A stretch of DNA of 63,902 bases, counting the filler, from Hausera hauseri (lineage: Eukaryota), in the NCBI GenBank assembly GCA_046269625.1. It is 11 parts of 11 records of this genome, joined end to end, with 100 filler letters (N's around TTAATTAATTAA, not from the genome) between each part and the next. Parts side by side here need not be neighbours in the genome. Positions count along the whole stretch, not along the records: positions 41,373 to 45,881 come from JBJURY010548563.1; positions 45,982 to 51,270 come from JBJURY010289392.1; positions 51,371 to 58,524 come from JBJURY010034780.1; 8 more parts are not named here. One strand, given 5' to 3'. Positions within the stretch are counted from its first letter, which is position 1. Each line of letters starts with the position of its first letter. The notes below the pieces were generated by a model. It was not told the DNA's origin. It saw only the letters and a list, made by a program, of their open reading frames with translations, and did not search any database. The translations under genes were made by a program, and so were the position numbers. Shown here piece after piece: positions 42,746-54,575 of the stretch.

Positions 42746-43946
42746 TTATACAATGACGTTTCCGTTTTTCGTTATTTCAACCTAGGCATCAAATACACCG
42801 TAAATGTACATCACGGTGGACTGATCCAACACTTTAGCAAAGTGAACCTCTAGTCTCAGGTTTCCCTGCTGAGGTAGTTGAGTCCGTTCAACGTAATAAT
42901 CTGGATCCAGGACAAAGTAGAAGAATGGATAGGTGGACTTGAATAAATCCATCTATATGCCATTATTGACACTTTTGTTTAACAAACCAATTTTGCGCAC
43001 AATAGATTGCATATATGTGCAAACATAATCGCCGGTCTCGAAATCCTACTTGTATGTCTCAACAAAATCCGCATTCCGACCAAAACTGACGTAATTACCA
43101 TTGCTATGCGTAAACGTTCCCGAATCGGTCGTATAACTGCCCACTTGTTGGACAGTCGTTTGAAATGTAACGAGCACAAGTTTCGGCAATCGCATGTCGC
43201 CAAACAGGGCATCTTTTCAAAAAAGTAGTTGAACCTTTGGGTATGGTGTAAAAGACGAGTTTTGTGCGTTGTAATGGGTAACAGGCATTTTGTGTTTCCA
43301 AGCCCAATCGCTGTCCCATGAGCACAGATGGTTCTACCTTTACCCGTCGTACGTATAATCGTGCCTTGGTAATTTTCAGTATGGATTTAAGCTGTGCAAC
43401 TGCGGTTTTCAAACAAAAGACATTTCTGCTTCGTTTGAGCCGACTCATGGCTTTAACACCGGGCAGTAGGTATTTCGGCTGATCGAAAGAGTCAAAGTAC
43501 AGCGGTCCACACATGGTAAGCGGTTTTGATTCGGCCACCCATGTCTGACGGTTTGCCGCTGTGGTATCGTATCCACTGTAGTTCAGAGCCGTTTCAATGA
43601 GTGCTTTGATACTGTATAGACTAGTGTTGCCTTCGATTTTGACGCTGTTCAGAGTCAGTGAAGCCTCTTGGAACAGTGTGAGGAAAAGGTAAATGTTCGG
43701 TGTGACAGTGTCTATTGCAGCGAGAACTGTTTATGCAGCCTTTTTAACCATGACTTTTTCACAGATTAACGTATCGTTCAAATCGAGGTATTCATTATCC
43801 GATTCCATTACATTAAATTGAATGTCAATGTTATCATCCGTTGAAACCGAATCAACGGGGTACATTTCTTTAAATGCCGAATTTTCAATAACAACTTGTG
43901 GCGCGGCTATGTCGAATATACACAATTCAAATTTTGCAGATGCCAT
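42746..43946 (-). pseudogene. Maverick major capsid protein (double jelly-roll, PY/hexon-like)
   Basis: MASAKFELCIFD, EYLDLNDT, KALIETALNYS, DQPKYLLPGV, LYVRRVKV, YPLQRT, QGNLRLEVHFAK; stops and frameshifts. Confidence 0.92.
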
Positions 43947-43965
43947 TTGTTTATCTGTCAATGAA

Positions 43966-44328
43966 TCAATGGAAAATCGTACGACGACGACTTTTGTTTA
44001 TAGCTAATGAACTCGATGATGCTCTACGGCGTTTTCTTATAAAGCCACTGCCAGCGAATTGTTTTTTGACTGATTCAAGGACTCCCGGTACGGCGCTTTT
44101 TATTTCGGATAAGGCATGTTTATTCAGTGATGGTAAAATCGATTTGTTTTCATATAGTACGTCCTGTGTTGTTTTTGCTGCCACGGCACCGATACGCTTC
44201 AACACCGGAAATGATAAACGTGCCAATATACGCAACCATCCAGAGGCGTACTGTTTACCAACAAAATATGGCAGTTCACAGCCCTATTGCGGTTTACTGT
44301 AAATGGATGCGATTTCGGAATCAATCAT
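43966..44328 (-). pseudogene. Maverick core/DNA-binding structural protein (adenovirus core-protein-like), 120 aa
   Basis: LPYFVGKQYASGWLRILARLSFPVLKRIG..DVLY..QFAGSGFIRKRRR..RRRTIFH; lies between penton and MCP; one internal stop. Confidence 0.75.
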
Positions 44329-45246
44329 GTTGTTGTTGGATTCGACGGAAATGAAGAGTTTGACTGGTTGTGGTACAGTACAGAAATTCAATAATGAAGT
44401 CCGCGTCATATCGGATATTCACTTCAACATTTTTTATAGATGTAGATGCCACGGGTAGGTGCATTGGATTATCGAGCTTGACAGTAACATTGTCGCCGGC
44501 AGTATACTTGCTGCTTTCCAGATAAATTGCACAGTATCATGGCGAAAGCTTTTTCCAGTGTAATTTTGACAATATCTTTAGCCAGATCAAATTTAATCAA
44601 CCCATTTGCATCTGACTCGAAAACTTTACATATCTCCTTAAATATTTAATCTGAAGAAGAAAAGTTTTGGCAGAGATATTCTACAGATTCGCAATAGCCA
44701 TTGTCTCCAATCGATACGTATGACGTTGACACCATTTTAGTTGTATAGGTAAATTTTACTGTTGTCTGTTAATGTACGGGACTTAATCTAGGAGCAGCTA
44801 CATATTCACTTTTAAGTTGTTGACCTTTGTATTCTGTATTTTTGAGTCCAAATTTCTGTGCCATATCAGATAACTCAAAGGTAACAGCAAAATTAAAATC
44901 TGCCATAAATGTAAGTTTTGGTCTAAAATAAAAACACCGATTTTGCCGTGTGAACCGTAATCTGCTTCGGTCGTGCAAATACCCGATTTTCCGACTGTTA
45001 TTTTATTGACAGTAATTGTTTGAGGACAAGAATGTGTTTTGGTTTCAGTAACAGTCTTGTACGTTATTTTCATCCTACTTTCAATGTCACCGGTGCGTAG
45101 GGAATGTTAAATTCCGTCATTGCAACCTCCCATTTTTCAGCAGATAAATCCAAAGGATTGTTCCGAACTATAACGTATTTACTGGCTGATTTGTTCGGAC
45201 GAGTCGTCGGATAACTGTTGCTCGGCAACACCATGTAAATACTCAT
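44321..45246 (-). pseudogene. Maverick minor capsid protein (penton/PX) paralog 2
   Basis: MSIYMVLPSNS..NPLDLSAEKWEVAMTEF N-terminus; DNPM.LPV..LFISVE/HFRR-type C-terminus; internal deletion relative to 54576-55609. Confidence 0.85.
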
Positions 45247-45288
45247 TATCTCGATGATAGTGATGATAATGATGACGCAGTTTGCTTA

Positions 45289-45881
45289 TTATCGACGTCG
45301 AAAATGCAACATCAAATGTGTCGTTGATCTAAACAGAAATTTAATGGGTTCTCAAAATTCATTAAGCATATACATGGAAATACTGTGCACAATATTGTGA
45401 AACAATGATAAGTACATGGGTCTAAGCATATTAATGCGAACAGTTTCACCCGTTGTTTTGTACGTGTCAGAATCCAGTTCGATGGAAGCTAGCAGTTGTT
45501 TACGTTCTATACCAATGAGTATGGATTCTGTTAAGTCCATTAAAATGTTTAATCCACGAAATGCTCCATAGAGTTGTGGTTTGTATTTAGCAACAATAGG
45601 TCGTCCAACAATGTTTTGATAGAATTCGCGTTGTGAGAAACCCATATTCCGAGCCAATAATTCATCAAAGGAAATATACGTAACATTGCCATGTAGTATA
45701 ATCAAAATATGACCATCAGCGTTTATTTCCCATGTCTTTACGGCTAATGTAGCCGTTTTCTTGACATATTCACACAATTCCGGTTCCGTTTCCATTAATA
45801 CATCGTGCGGTATAATATAATAGCGGAAGACTGATTTTGACTTAGTCCACTTTACTATAATATCGGATTCCGCATTGGATG
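45289..45881 (-). pseudogene. Maverick minor capsid protein (penton/PX) paralog 1, 5'-truncated by the contig end
   Basis: LARNMGF, NILMDLTESILIG..KQLLASI, LRPMYLSL, PIKF..THLMLHFRRR*. Confidence 0.85.
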
Positions 45882-46329
45882 NNNNNNNNNNNNNNNNNNN
45901 NNNNNNNNNNNNNNNNNNNNNNNNNTTAATTAATTAANNNNNNNNNNNNNNNNNNNNNNNNNNNNNNNNNNNNNNNNNNNNACCCGACTTTTCTTTAAAA
46001 AAACCTTTTTTTAAATGTTGGTATCTAGTCAGAAACCTGACGTGTCTATGATCCGTGCACCACAACATGCCTCCGGCATTACTTTCCAACCCCTTTCCTT
46101 TTTTGTTTTCAAAAATAACACACATTTCTAGCATACTCACTCGTAACACGGACATTGCTTACACCCTCTATACATCTCTATCCTCTTTCCTACACACTTC
46201 CGACTTTTATTTGTCGCACCATAGTTCTGTGCTACATCTGTCTGACTCACTTTCTTCTCCGATCATTCATCTCAACCTTTACTTTCACCTCCGAGGTGAT
46301 TCAGACCCTGATCCTTCTACTAAAAGTTC

Positions 46330-49300
46330 CTCCAAAACAAGATTCGGTCGTCGTCTTGCTGACTGTGCACAACCTGTCTCTCCCAATCTTCCTTGCAGAG
46401 AGTTCTTCCTCGATAAAACTAATTCAAGCCGCACTTGGCTACAATTTCATTTACAATGACTAAAAGCCAATCATATTACCGATTCTTTTTTGCGAGACAA
46501 CAGCTTGTTACTTCTTTTTCCAGCTAACATCAAGTATCAAATCAATAATCTTACTGATATCCTTACTTCGCCAATACTATACGACATGCTTTATGAGTCT
46601 GTCCTTCATATTACCGATTCACCGATTGATAATATAATACAGAAGTACTTTAAGAAACACGCTATAGGCAACAAAAAACCTTCTGACTTTCTGCAGACCT
46701 CTATTTCACATCTAAGTGCTCTTGGCGTTACCCCCACCAACAATGCGGATTTATTCGTCGTTATTTCCTTTCCTCGTTACCCATTTCCATCAGAGCTCTC
46801 CTTACTGTCGTAGACGACTCGACGGCGATTGAAAAACTTGCCCTATTGGCTGATAAAAGTTTCGAAATCTTGTGAACCAACAACTCACAACCCGTAGCTG
46901 CAGCAACCACGCATACCTCATCTCACGTAGACACGATTGTTTTCGCACAGCAACTACAATTAATGCAGAAACAATACGATACTCTACAGCATTCAATCTC
47001 CGTCATCACGGCTCAACTAAGTAATCTGTCTACGTCTCGGTGAGGCCAAATTTACTCATCGCGTTAGTGTAGCCTCTCCAGGCACTCATTTCGTTCCATA
47101 TCTCCTGGCGGACGAATGATTTGTTTTTATCACAAGAAATTTCGTAGAAATGCAGAAAAATGACTTTGGGGTTGTAGATATTATGACGAGCGATTCGCGG
47201 TGGACAGCCCTATCTGTATTTACCACACAAAATTCCACTCTAGACAGATCGTATGTTCCGGGATGTAAACATTACAAAAACAACTTCAGTTTTTCTTCAT
47301 CTTCTTCTCCTCCTCCTTCTGCCTACCAGTCATCTTCTTTCCCTACACAATCTTCAAAAAACTAAAAAGGCCGCCAGATGTAACGGCACATTCTGGCATA
47401 GGCAATACTGCTTAGTCTTCTGGCCGCCTTAACACCGCCTCCGCAGTTTTTCTGTTAAAAGCTACAGTGTTCTCTAGCAGTGCTCCACATATCGATTTTC
47501 TCATCGACTCAGGAGCTGCCTTTTCACTCCTCCCTTTGTCCTTCGTCTCTACATCAACGAAAGTTTTTTCACCTCCGCTTTTCATCGCCAGCAATCAAAC
47601 TTTGCGAATCGCAGATACAACGGAACTGGTTTTTACATTCTCAAACTTACCAGGCAAGTTTGTCTGGAAATTCCACGTGGCTAACATTAAATCGCCAATA
47701 ATCGGCTCAGACTTTTTGGCTGCACACGACCTGCTAGTTGACTGCAAGTATGGTTGTTTGCTACGTAGAGACTCCGTCGTGAACGTTAACAACTGTCTAA
47801 CAGACAGCGCAACAGAACAATCGATTGCAAACTCACACTTGAATTTGGCAAATTGCTCATCTGTTGTTAACGACACATCTAGTAGTTTATCTATTTCCTC
47901 AATTACACCCCAAACACCGAAGTCGATTTTAAAACAATCGGTTAAACCGAATGTTGACAACGGCAAAGTCGTTCGTTCTTCGCCAATCACAGTCACCGCT
48001 TCCTCTGATAATACGCCTCAATCATTTTTTTCACTAGATTCCAATCTCAAATTCCACATCAATTCCTCTTGTCCTTGCATACTAAAAAAAGACCCTAGCT
48101 TTAAACCCCTGTCAGCAACTTATAACCACATCGTCACCCAACACCAAAGACTTATCAGACAAAAGGTGAGATTATCATCGCCCCGTAGACGAAAAGCCGT
48201 GGAATTAGAGTTTAATGAACTCGAAAAATCTGGTATCATTCGGAGATCCAAATCACCATGGGCTTCACCATTACATATAGTGGCAAAAAAGGACGGTACT
48301 TTTCGACCATGTGGAGACTACCGTCTAGTAAACAATTTAACCATCATGAATGCTTACCATTACCGCTCGTAAAAGACATCCTGCACAGTCTTAACAACAC
48401 CAATACCTATTCCACAATAGATCTGCACAAAGCTTGCCATCAAATCCCCGTTGCACCCGATGACGTTCCAAATAGTGCTGTCATCACTCCATTTGTCCTT
48501 TACGAATACATGTTTATGCCATTCGGTTTACGTAACGCAGCCCAAACTTTCCAACGCCACATCGACACTGTTCTCTCAGGCCTTGATTTTGCTCATCCTT
48601 ACATCGATGACATATTAGTTGCCTCCAAATCTGTGAAACAACACCATGAACACCTCCAAATTATTTTTCACAGACTACATCATAGTAACTTACAAGTTAA
48701 TTTCTCCAAGTGTAATTTTTTTCAGAAACGTGTCAATTTCTTAGGCCACATTTTCACTCCTTACGGCCACTTTCCACAACCTGATCGACTACAGCAACTA
48801 AAAAACGTAACACTACCAACGACCACTACAGATATGAGAAATTTTCTTGGAACACTAAATTTTGTCCATAAATACATACCGCATTGCTCTGAGCTTACGG
48901 CACCTTTCGCACACATCTCATCTGGAAAGAAAAGACAGTTAATCCAATGGACTCCCGATTTAGTCACCAAATTCGACCACTTACGCGAAGGCCTTAAAAC
49001 CGTCAAAATATTGGCCTACCCAAAATCCGACGCGGAGATGATACTTACCATCGATGCCTCTTCCACAGCTACTGGTTCAATACTACACCAAGTTTCCAAC
49101 GACGTCGACGAACCTTTCGAATTTTACTCTCGAAAACTTACATAACCAGAAAGCCAATATTCTACATTTGATCGTGAGCTACTAGCCATAATTCTGGCAG
49201 TAAAACATTTCAAGCATCTCCTCCTCTCTCGCCCATTTGCCATCTAAAGAGATCGCAAGCCTCTGCTACACATCATGTCACTAAAACAGCAATCACTAAG

Positions 49301-51199
49301 GCAGAAACGACAGATATCGTACCTATCTACATTTTGTTTTGTCATAAAGCATATTTCAGGCACGGAGAATTTGGTCGCGAATTTCCTGTCACGGTCGATC
49401 GGCTCAATTACGGTTAAACTAATATTTTCTACCGAAATTCTAAAGTTCAACCAACCGTCTGCCGATATTCTTAGCACTTTCAAATCCTTCGAAATCATTG
49501 ATGGCATTGCATACGACACATCTAACCCCGGTAATAAAAAAATCATTCTCGCCCCTTCTTTGCAGAAACCAGCTTTTCTTCACACGTATTCACTTCATCA
49601 CCCAGGCTCGAAAGCCACGTTTTGCTTGCTCCAACGTCATATAGTTTGGCCATCAATGCGCACAGATGTACAGGGTTGGGTTAAGGAATGCGTCGCCTGT
49701 CAAAAATACAAAGTCAACAAACATCTTAAACCGCCGCCTTACCATTTCCCATGTACATTACGTTTTCATACCGTCCATCTTGATCTCGTCGGACCTTTAC
49801 TTTCCGATAACGGGTATCAACATATTCTCACTATGATGGATCGTGATTCTTGTTGGCCTGAAGCCGTTCCCCTCCGCTCAACAAACACCGATTCAGTAGC
49901 AGACGCCTTCATCAAAATTTTGATTAGTGGTTTTGGATCCCCACGGCATATCATAAGGAACCCAGGTCCACAGTTCGAATCGGAACTTTTCAAATCGCTT
50001 GTTAAACGCTTGGGAATATCGCATTTTTATACAACACCGTACCATCCACAAGCAAATGGCCTCCTTGAAAGATTCCATCGAACTATAAAAATTTCTTTAA
50101 AAATCCTAGCAGACAATCATCGTAATTGGATGTCCATCCTGCCATTTGTTCTACTCGGTTAGCGCGATACCCCTTCCACCATCACGGGTTGTGCTCCAGC
50201 CGAGGCACTTTTTGGGACTCCAATGCGGGCTCTGTTCGAACTTTCCGACCTTGACGACAATCCGACAGACAAAAACATTCGCGCAGCACAGTCGTACTTT
50301 GTTGAGGTCAACTTAGACTCATTCTGCCGCTTATTTAACAATAAAATATCGTACATACCGAAGGATTTATACTCAGCCAAGTTTGTATGGCTGAAGGATC
50401 AATCACCTTCAGGCTTTGGACCTCAATATGTTGGTCCATACAAACTACTTCACCTCTCATCTCATACAGCTACCATCTTACGCCAAGAAAAACCCTACAA
50501 TGTTTACTTTTCAAACCTTAAGCCCGCTTTCTTCGTTGATGACAATCCGGATGCCGATTCTACCTCCAACCCCAATTTAACTCTCGCTCCTTCCACTCCT
50601 TTCTCAGACTTTCTTCACGATTTCGCTCTGTTACAACAACCACTCTTCTCTCACACTAAATCATCCTCAACTTCCTCACCGCTTACTGAATCTACATCGC
50701 TTACTCCGTTTTTTCCGCTCGTATCTTTTCCCTCTCTTTCACCATCCCCACCACCTTCAGTTTCTTCGCCTCTCTTGTCTGATTTATTCCCTCCACCATC
50801 TTCAACGTTTTCACCTCAAGCAACACAACACAGTGAATCAGAAAACCCTACAAAACGTCCACCACAAAATATCGTCCAACAATTGAGCACAAACCAACCA
50901 AATAGGACACGCAGAGTGGCATTCAGTACCTATATCAGGGAAAAATCCGTAGACAAAACACAACGCCTCATACACACCAAAACGCAATATAAACCAACCA
51001 ATTTTAGAGTTTCGCCTCCTTCTGTTTCACCCTACAGTTTCTTTTCTGCCACAGGGGGGAGGTGATGTAGTGCCACGGTCTAAGACATGGCTCTCCATTT
51101 CTAGCAATAGAGTCACCGTTTGGTCTATATTTTGTTTAACAGACGAACAGCGCACAGTAGTGTCAAATAAAATCAATATTAGTATTTGGCTACTCACCA
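46330..51199 (+). mobile_element. Gypsy LTR retrotransposon relic, copy D (gag, -1 frameshift site, protease, RT, RNase H, integrase, tail, PPT, 3' LTR at 51066-51199)
   Basis: FLIDSGAAFSLLP, WASPLHIVAKKDGTFRPCGDYR, YIDD, TIDASSTATG, HHPG..CVACQ, PYHPQANGLLERFH; PPT AGGGGGGAGGTGA; LTR TG..CA with AATAAA. Confidence 0.95.
47356..47365 (+). promoter_or_regulatory. -1 ribosomal frameshift slippery site A_AAA_AAC plus gag stop
   Basis: The -1 frame from 47356 is the frame of the protease ORF at 47467; the same heptamer plus TGA occurs in copy C (18138-18147, minus strand). Confidence 0.75.
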
Positions 51200-51372
51200 G
51201 ACTACCAATTATTCTGTTATTTAAAATTTTACCGCCTAGTACGTAATCATCACTAAAAAACCTAGAGTTTNNNNNNNNNNNNNNNNNNNNNNNNNNNNNN
51301 NNNNNNNNNNNNNNTTAATTAATTAANNNNNNNNNNNNNNNNNNNNNNNNNNNNNNNNNNNNNNNNNNNNTA

Positions 51373-51832
51373 ATGGTAACTGATGAGTTTGATGAGAACT
51401 GGTCAGATAGATTACGCAACCGTGACGTTATTGCCATCGACAATTTATTTTATCTAGCAGCGAAACAATCGGACTTCAACAACCTATTCACGAAGAGTGA
51501 ATGGCACCGTAATGTGAGTGTTATTTTTATTACGCAAAAACATGTTCCATCAGGGCGGACAGCATTGAACAAGAAATCTAAACGTACACTATTTGGTGTT
51601 GTTCGAAAATTCCCGTGATCAGATTATCATTGATTATGTTGCACAACATTCATTTCCTCACAACCGAGCCTACTTAATAGATGCATATTATGATGCTACG
51701 ATGGAGCCACACGGATACTTGTTCATCGACTTTACGCAACAGTATCCCGATGACATGCGTGTACGAACAGACATTTTCAATCAGAAAGGTGGTGTATGTG
51801 TCTATAAGCAAATTCAAAAATCGGCGACATGA
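51373..51832 (+). pseudogene. Maverick packaging ATPase (A32/FtsK-like), C-terminal part, frameshifted
   Basis: VIAIDNL (Walker B), NLFTKSEWHRNVSVIFITQ, LVLFENSRD, AYYDATMEPHGYLFIDF..MRVRTDIF. Confidence 0.9.
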
Positions 51833-52029
51833 TTGCGATAAAAATAAAGAATTTCCAAAAAACGATTGTTAAACATAAACAATCTACTACCAAGCGGGTG
51901 TCCGGCGGCAAGAAACGTGTATCAAAACAAAGTTCCACTACAGTCAAGCGATTAATCAATTCTGTGTTTCGTCGAACAACAACATCAGCACCTAGACGCC
52001 AATTACCTTCAAAGTGGCAACGGTTATAA
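51829..52029 (+). CDS. Small K/R-rich hypothetical viral protein (66 aa)
   Basis: Intact ORF overlapping the ATPase stop (ATGA); very basic; contains VSGG. Confidence 0.5.
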   Translation: MIAIKIKNFQKTIVKHKQSTTKRVSGGKKRVSKQSSTTVKRLINSVFRRTTTSAPRRQLPSKWQRL

Positions 52030-52059
52030 ACAACTACGTCTAATGATCAATACAAAAGC

Positions 52060-52380
52060 ATGCGATACAAACGTAGTCAGCTGTACTTTATTGCTTTGCT
52101 CAAGACACCTACTAGATATAAGCGAAACATGTTACGATCATTCCCGCAATTTGTAGTAGACGATTTGTTGAAAATTTTGTACAATATCGTTGTGGGTCAC
52201 GTTGTCATTGGACGTGGAAAGCGCAATATACTAAAGTATCGAAAACGACTCATTGATTTAGCCAACGCCCGTAGAAAACGACTGAAACAAGAGGTCATGT
52301 ACCAGCAAGACGGCGTATTCCTTGGTGCAATTCTACCCATTGTCACGTCATTACTGGGTGAACTCATTGGTTCTGCATAA
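52060..52380 (+). CDS. Maverick small structural protein with a C-terminal amphipathic helix (pVI/cupiennin-like), 106 aa
   Basis: ..LLKILYNIVVGHV..YRKRLIDLA..QQDGVFLGAILPIVTSLLGELIG resembles the QxGGFL..LP family found in Polintons. Confidence 0.7.
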   Translation: MRYKRSQLYFIALLKTPTRYKRNMLRSFPQFVVDDLLKILYNIVVGHVVIGRGKRNILKYRKRLIDLANARRKRLKQEVMYQQDGVFLGAILPIVTSLLGELIGSA

Positions 52381-52518
52381 TAGTATAAGCAATAACGGTA
52401 AGTATATAATGATTCGGCGCATGATTTTTATCTTTCTGTCCCAGTTTACCGAATCTTTCATTTATGATTCGTCCTAATTGTTGTAATGCAAGCAAAACTG
52501 ACACCATCGACGGCAATA

Positions 52519-53490
52519 ATGGGCGATGTGTGGTTCGATCGGCATCATTTCGTCGGTTATACTGGCGTCGACAAACTGACAAAGACTGTCTAACAAAGTC
52601 GGCAACATAGCCAACGTTGGTTCGAGAAACAGCTAACATACAGCCTACACAAACCGATAAGAAGCCGGTTTCCAACTCGTGCATACCATGCTGACGATGT
52701 AAATAACATTTGACAAATAGATGTGATGGAAATTATTCCGTATGACAGCATCAACGATTGGTATCAGTACGTGCTGACATGAGTTGATGTGTTTAGTCGT
52801 TTTGCACGTGCAATTGCCGTAAAATCTAAATCCGGTAAAGAGATGGCCGATGCTGTCCAGACGCTGATACAACAACAACAACCGAATCATTTACAAACGG
52901 ATTTGGGTAAGGAATTCTACAACGCCCACGTTGCGGTGTAAACCACTACTCGCAGTTTTCCCAATATAAGGCGGCACTCATTGAACAATTTAATCGAACA
53001 TTGCGTGGTCGCCTAAACAAATTCTTTAAGAAGCAAAGCAACAAACGTAGGGCAAATGTACTGCCGTGGCATCAATGGATTACGGCCGATGGATGTAATC
53101 GATGAATTGGACATGTGACTTTATCAAAACCGACGACGACGACCAACTAAACGTCGTCCCAAGTATAAAATCGGTGATTATGTACGTATTTTAAAAATAA
53201 GCACGACGCCATTCATTAAGAACTTTAATCAAAACTGGGGCGACGAAGATTTCCACATTTCTGCAATCAACACTAAACATATACCTGTCATGTACGTTTT
53301 AGAGGATGAAAATGGTGAGGAAATATGCGGTAAATTTTCCGAACAGGAATTGCAGGTACTGCCCGAGAAACATGATGTATACCGTATACAGAAAATTATA
53401 CGTTCAGGTGGCAAAGGTTGGAATAAACAATATCTCGTCAAGTGGCACGGATACATTACAAAGAGCTGAGTATTTTCATCGCAGATTTAA
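52519..53490 (+). pseudogene. Maverick retroviral-like integrase with C-terminal chromodomain
   Basis: YTGVDKL, TYSLHKPIRSRFPTR, QIDVME, VDVFSRFA, LQTDLGKEFYN, EQFNRTLR, KYKIGDYVRI, NWGDEDF, YRIQKII..YLVKWHGY; stops and deletions. Confidence 0.93.
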
Positions 53491-54536
53491 TGATGATAAT
53501 TTATTTGGTACTTGATAGTAACAGATCATTATCACAACATGACTACGACAATGACGTCAATACCTCTAAACAGTTTACCATGCACTTGGACCAACCGATC
53601 GATTTACGCTACAGAGACTGGGAAATGGCTTTGACGGAATTCACTTTTACATTTTCACCAATGATAATACGTCAGAACAGTGGTAATTACTTTACCCGAA
53701 AAGAAACGTACCCTAATTTAAGTCGTTTTCGGACAATCCGACACAATAACCGATATACTCTTCGCAACGATTTGCGAAAACATTTCACAGTTCATGCTTA
53801 TTTTTCAAACTACCGTATGAATCTAATGCATCGAAATCCCATGGAAATGCAGTTTATTTCTATAGATGATGCTTAGGCATGGGGGTTTTAATCAGTCAAT
53901 GTACACTCAAAACATCTACGGCTAGGTGGAAATGTTATAATTAGTGAAAAATTGGACCTTTCATCTGATGTGGAATCTAAGTCGGAATCAGTCTTCCGCT
54001 CATATATTATACTACACAATTTATTAATGGAAACGGAACGGGATTTGTAAGAGTACATCAAAAAAACGGCTACATTAGCCGTAAAGACATGTGAAATAAA
54101 CGCAGATAGTTATATTTCGATTATACTACATGACAATGTTACATATTTTGTCTTTGATGCATTATTGGCTCGAAATCTGGGTTTTTCACAACGTAAAGTC
54201 TATGAAAACATTGTTGGACGATCTATTGTCGCCAAATACAAACCACAACTCTATGGAGCATTTCACCAAATCAATATTTTAACGGACTTAACCGAATTCG
54301 AACTCGTTGGTGGAGAACGTAAACAACTGCTGGCTTCTATCGAACTGGATTCTAACACGTACAAAACATCGGGTGAAACTTTCCGCGTTAATATGCTCAG
54401 ACTCCTGTACTTATCATTGTCTCACAATATTGTGCACAATATTTCCGTGTATATGTTTGATGAATTTTGGGAACCCATTAAATTTCTGTTTGGGTCAACG
54501 ACACATTTGACGTTGCATTTTTGACATCGTCTATAA
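53490..54536 (+). pseudogene. Maverick minor capsid protein (penton/PX) paralog 1
   Basis: MIIYLVLDSN..FTMHLDQPIDL..WEMALTEF; INILTDLTEFELVGG..QLLASI..YLSL..PIKF..TLHF*HR. Confidence 0.87.
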
Positions 54537-54575
54537 TAATCAAACTTAATAATCATCATTGACATAATTGTGAAC

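Larger units (their letters stand above)
41373..45881 (-). mobile_element. Maverick/Polinton (adintovirus-like) endogenous element, copy 1 (partial)
   Basis: Penton-1, penton-2, core protein, MCP, protease and repeat array, collinear with 51371-58524. Confidence 0.93.

Noticed and set aside
50223-51065. Gypsy 3' ORF as an env gene
   Set aside because: It is the continuation of integrase; no signal peptide, furin site or transmembrane anchor
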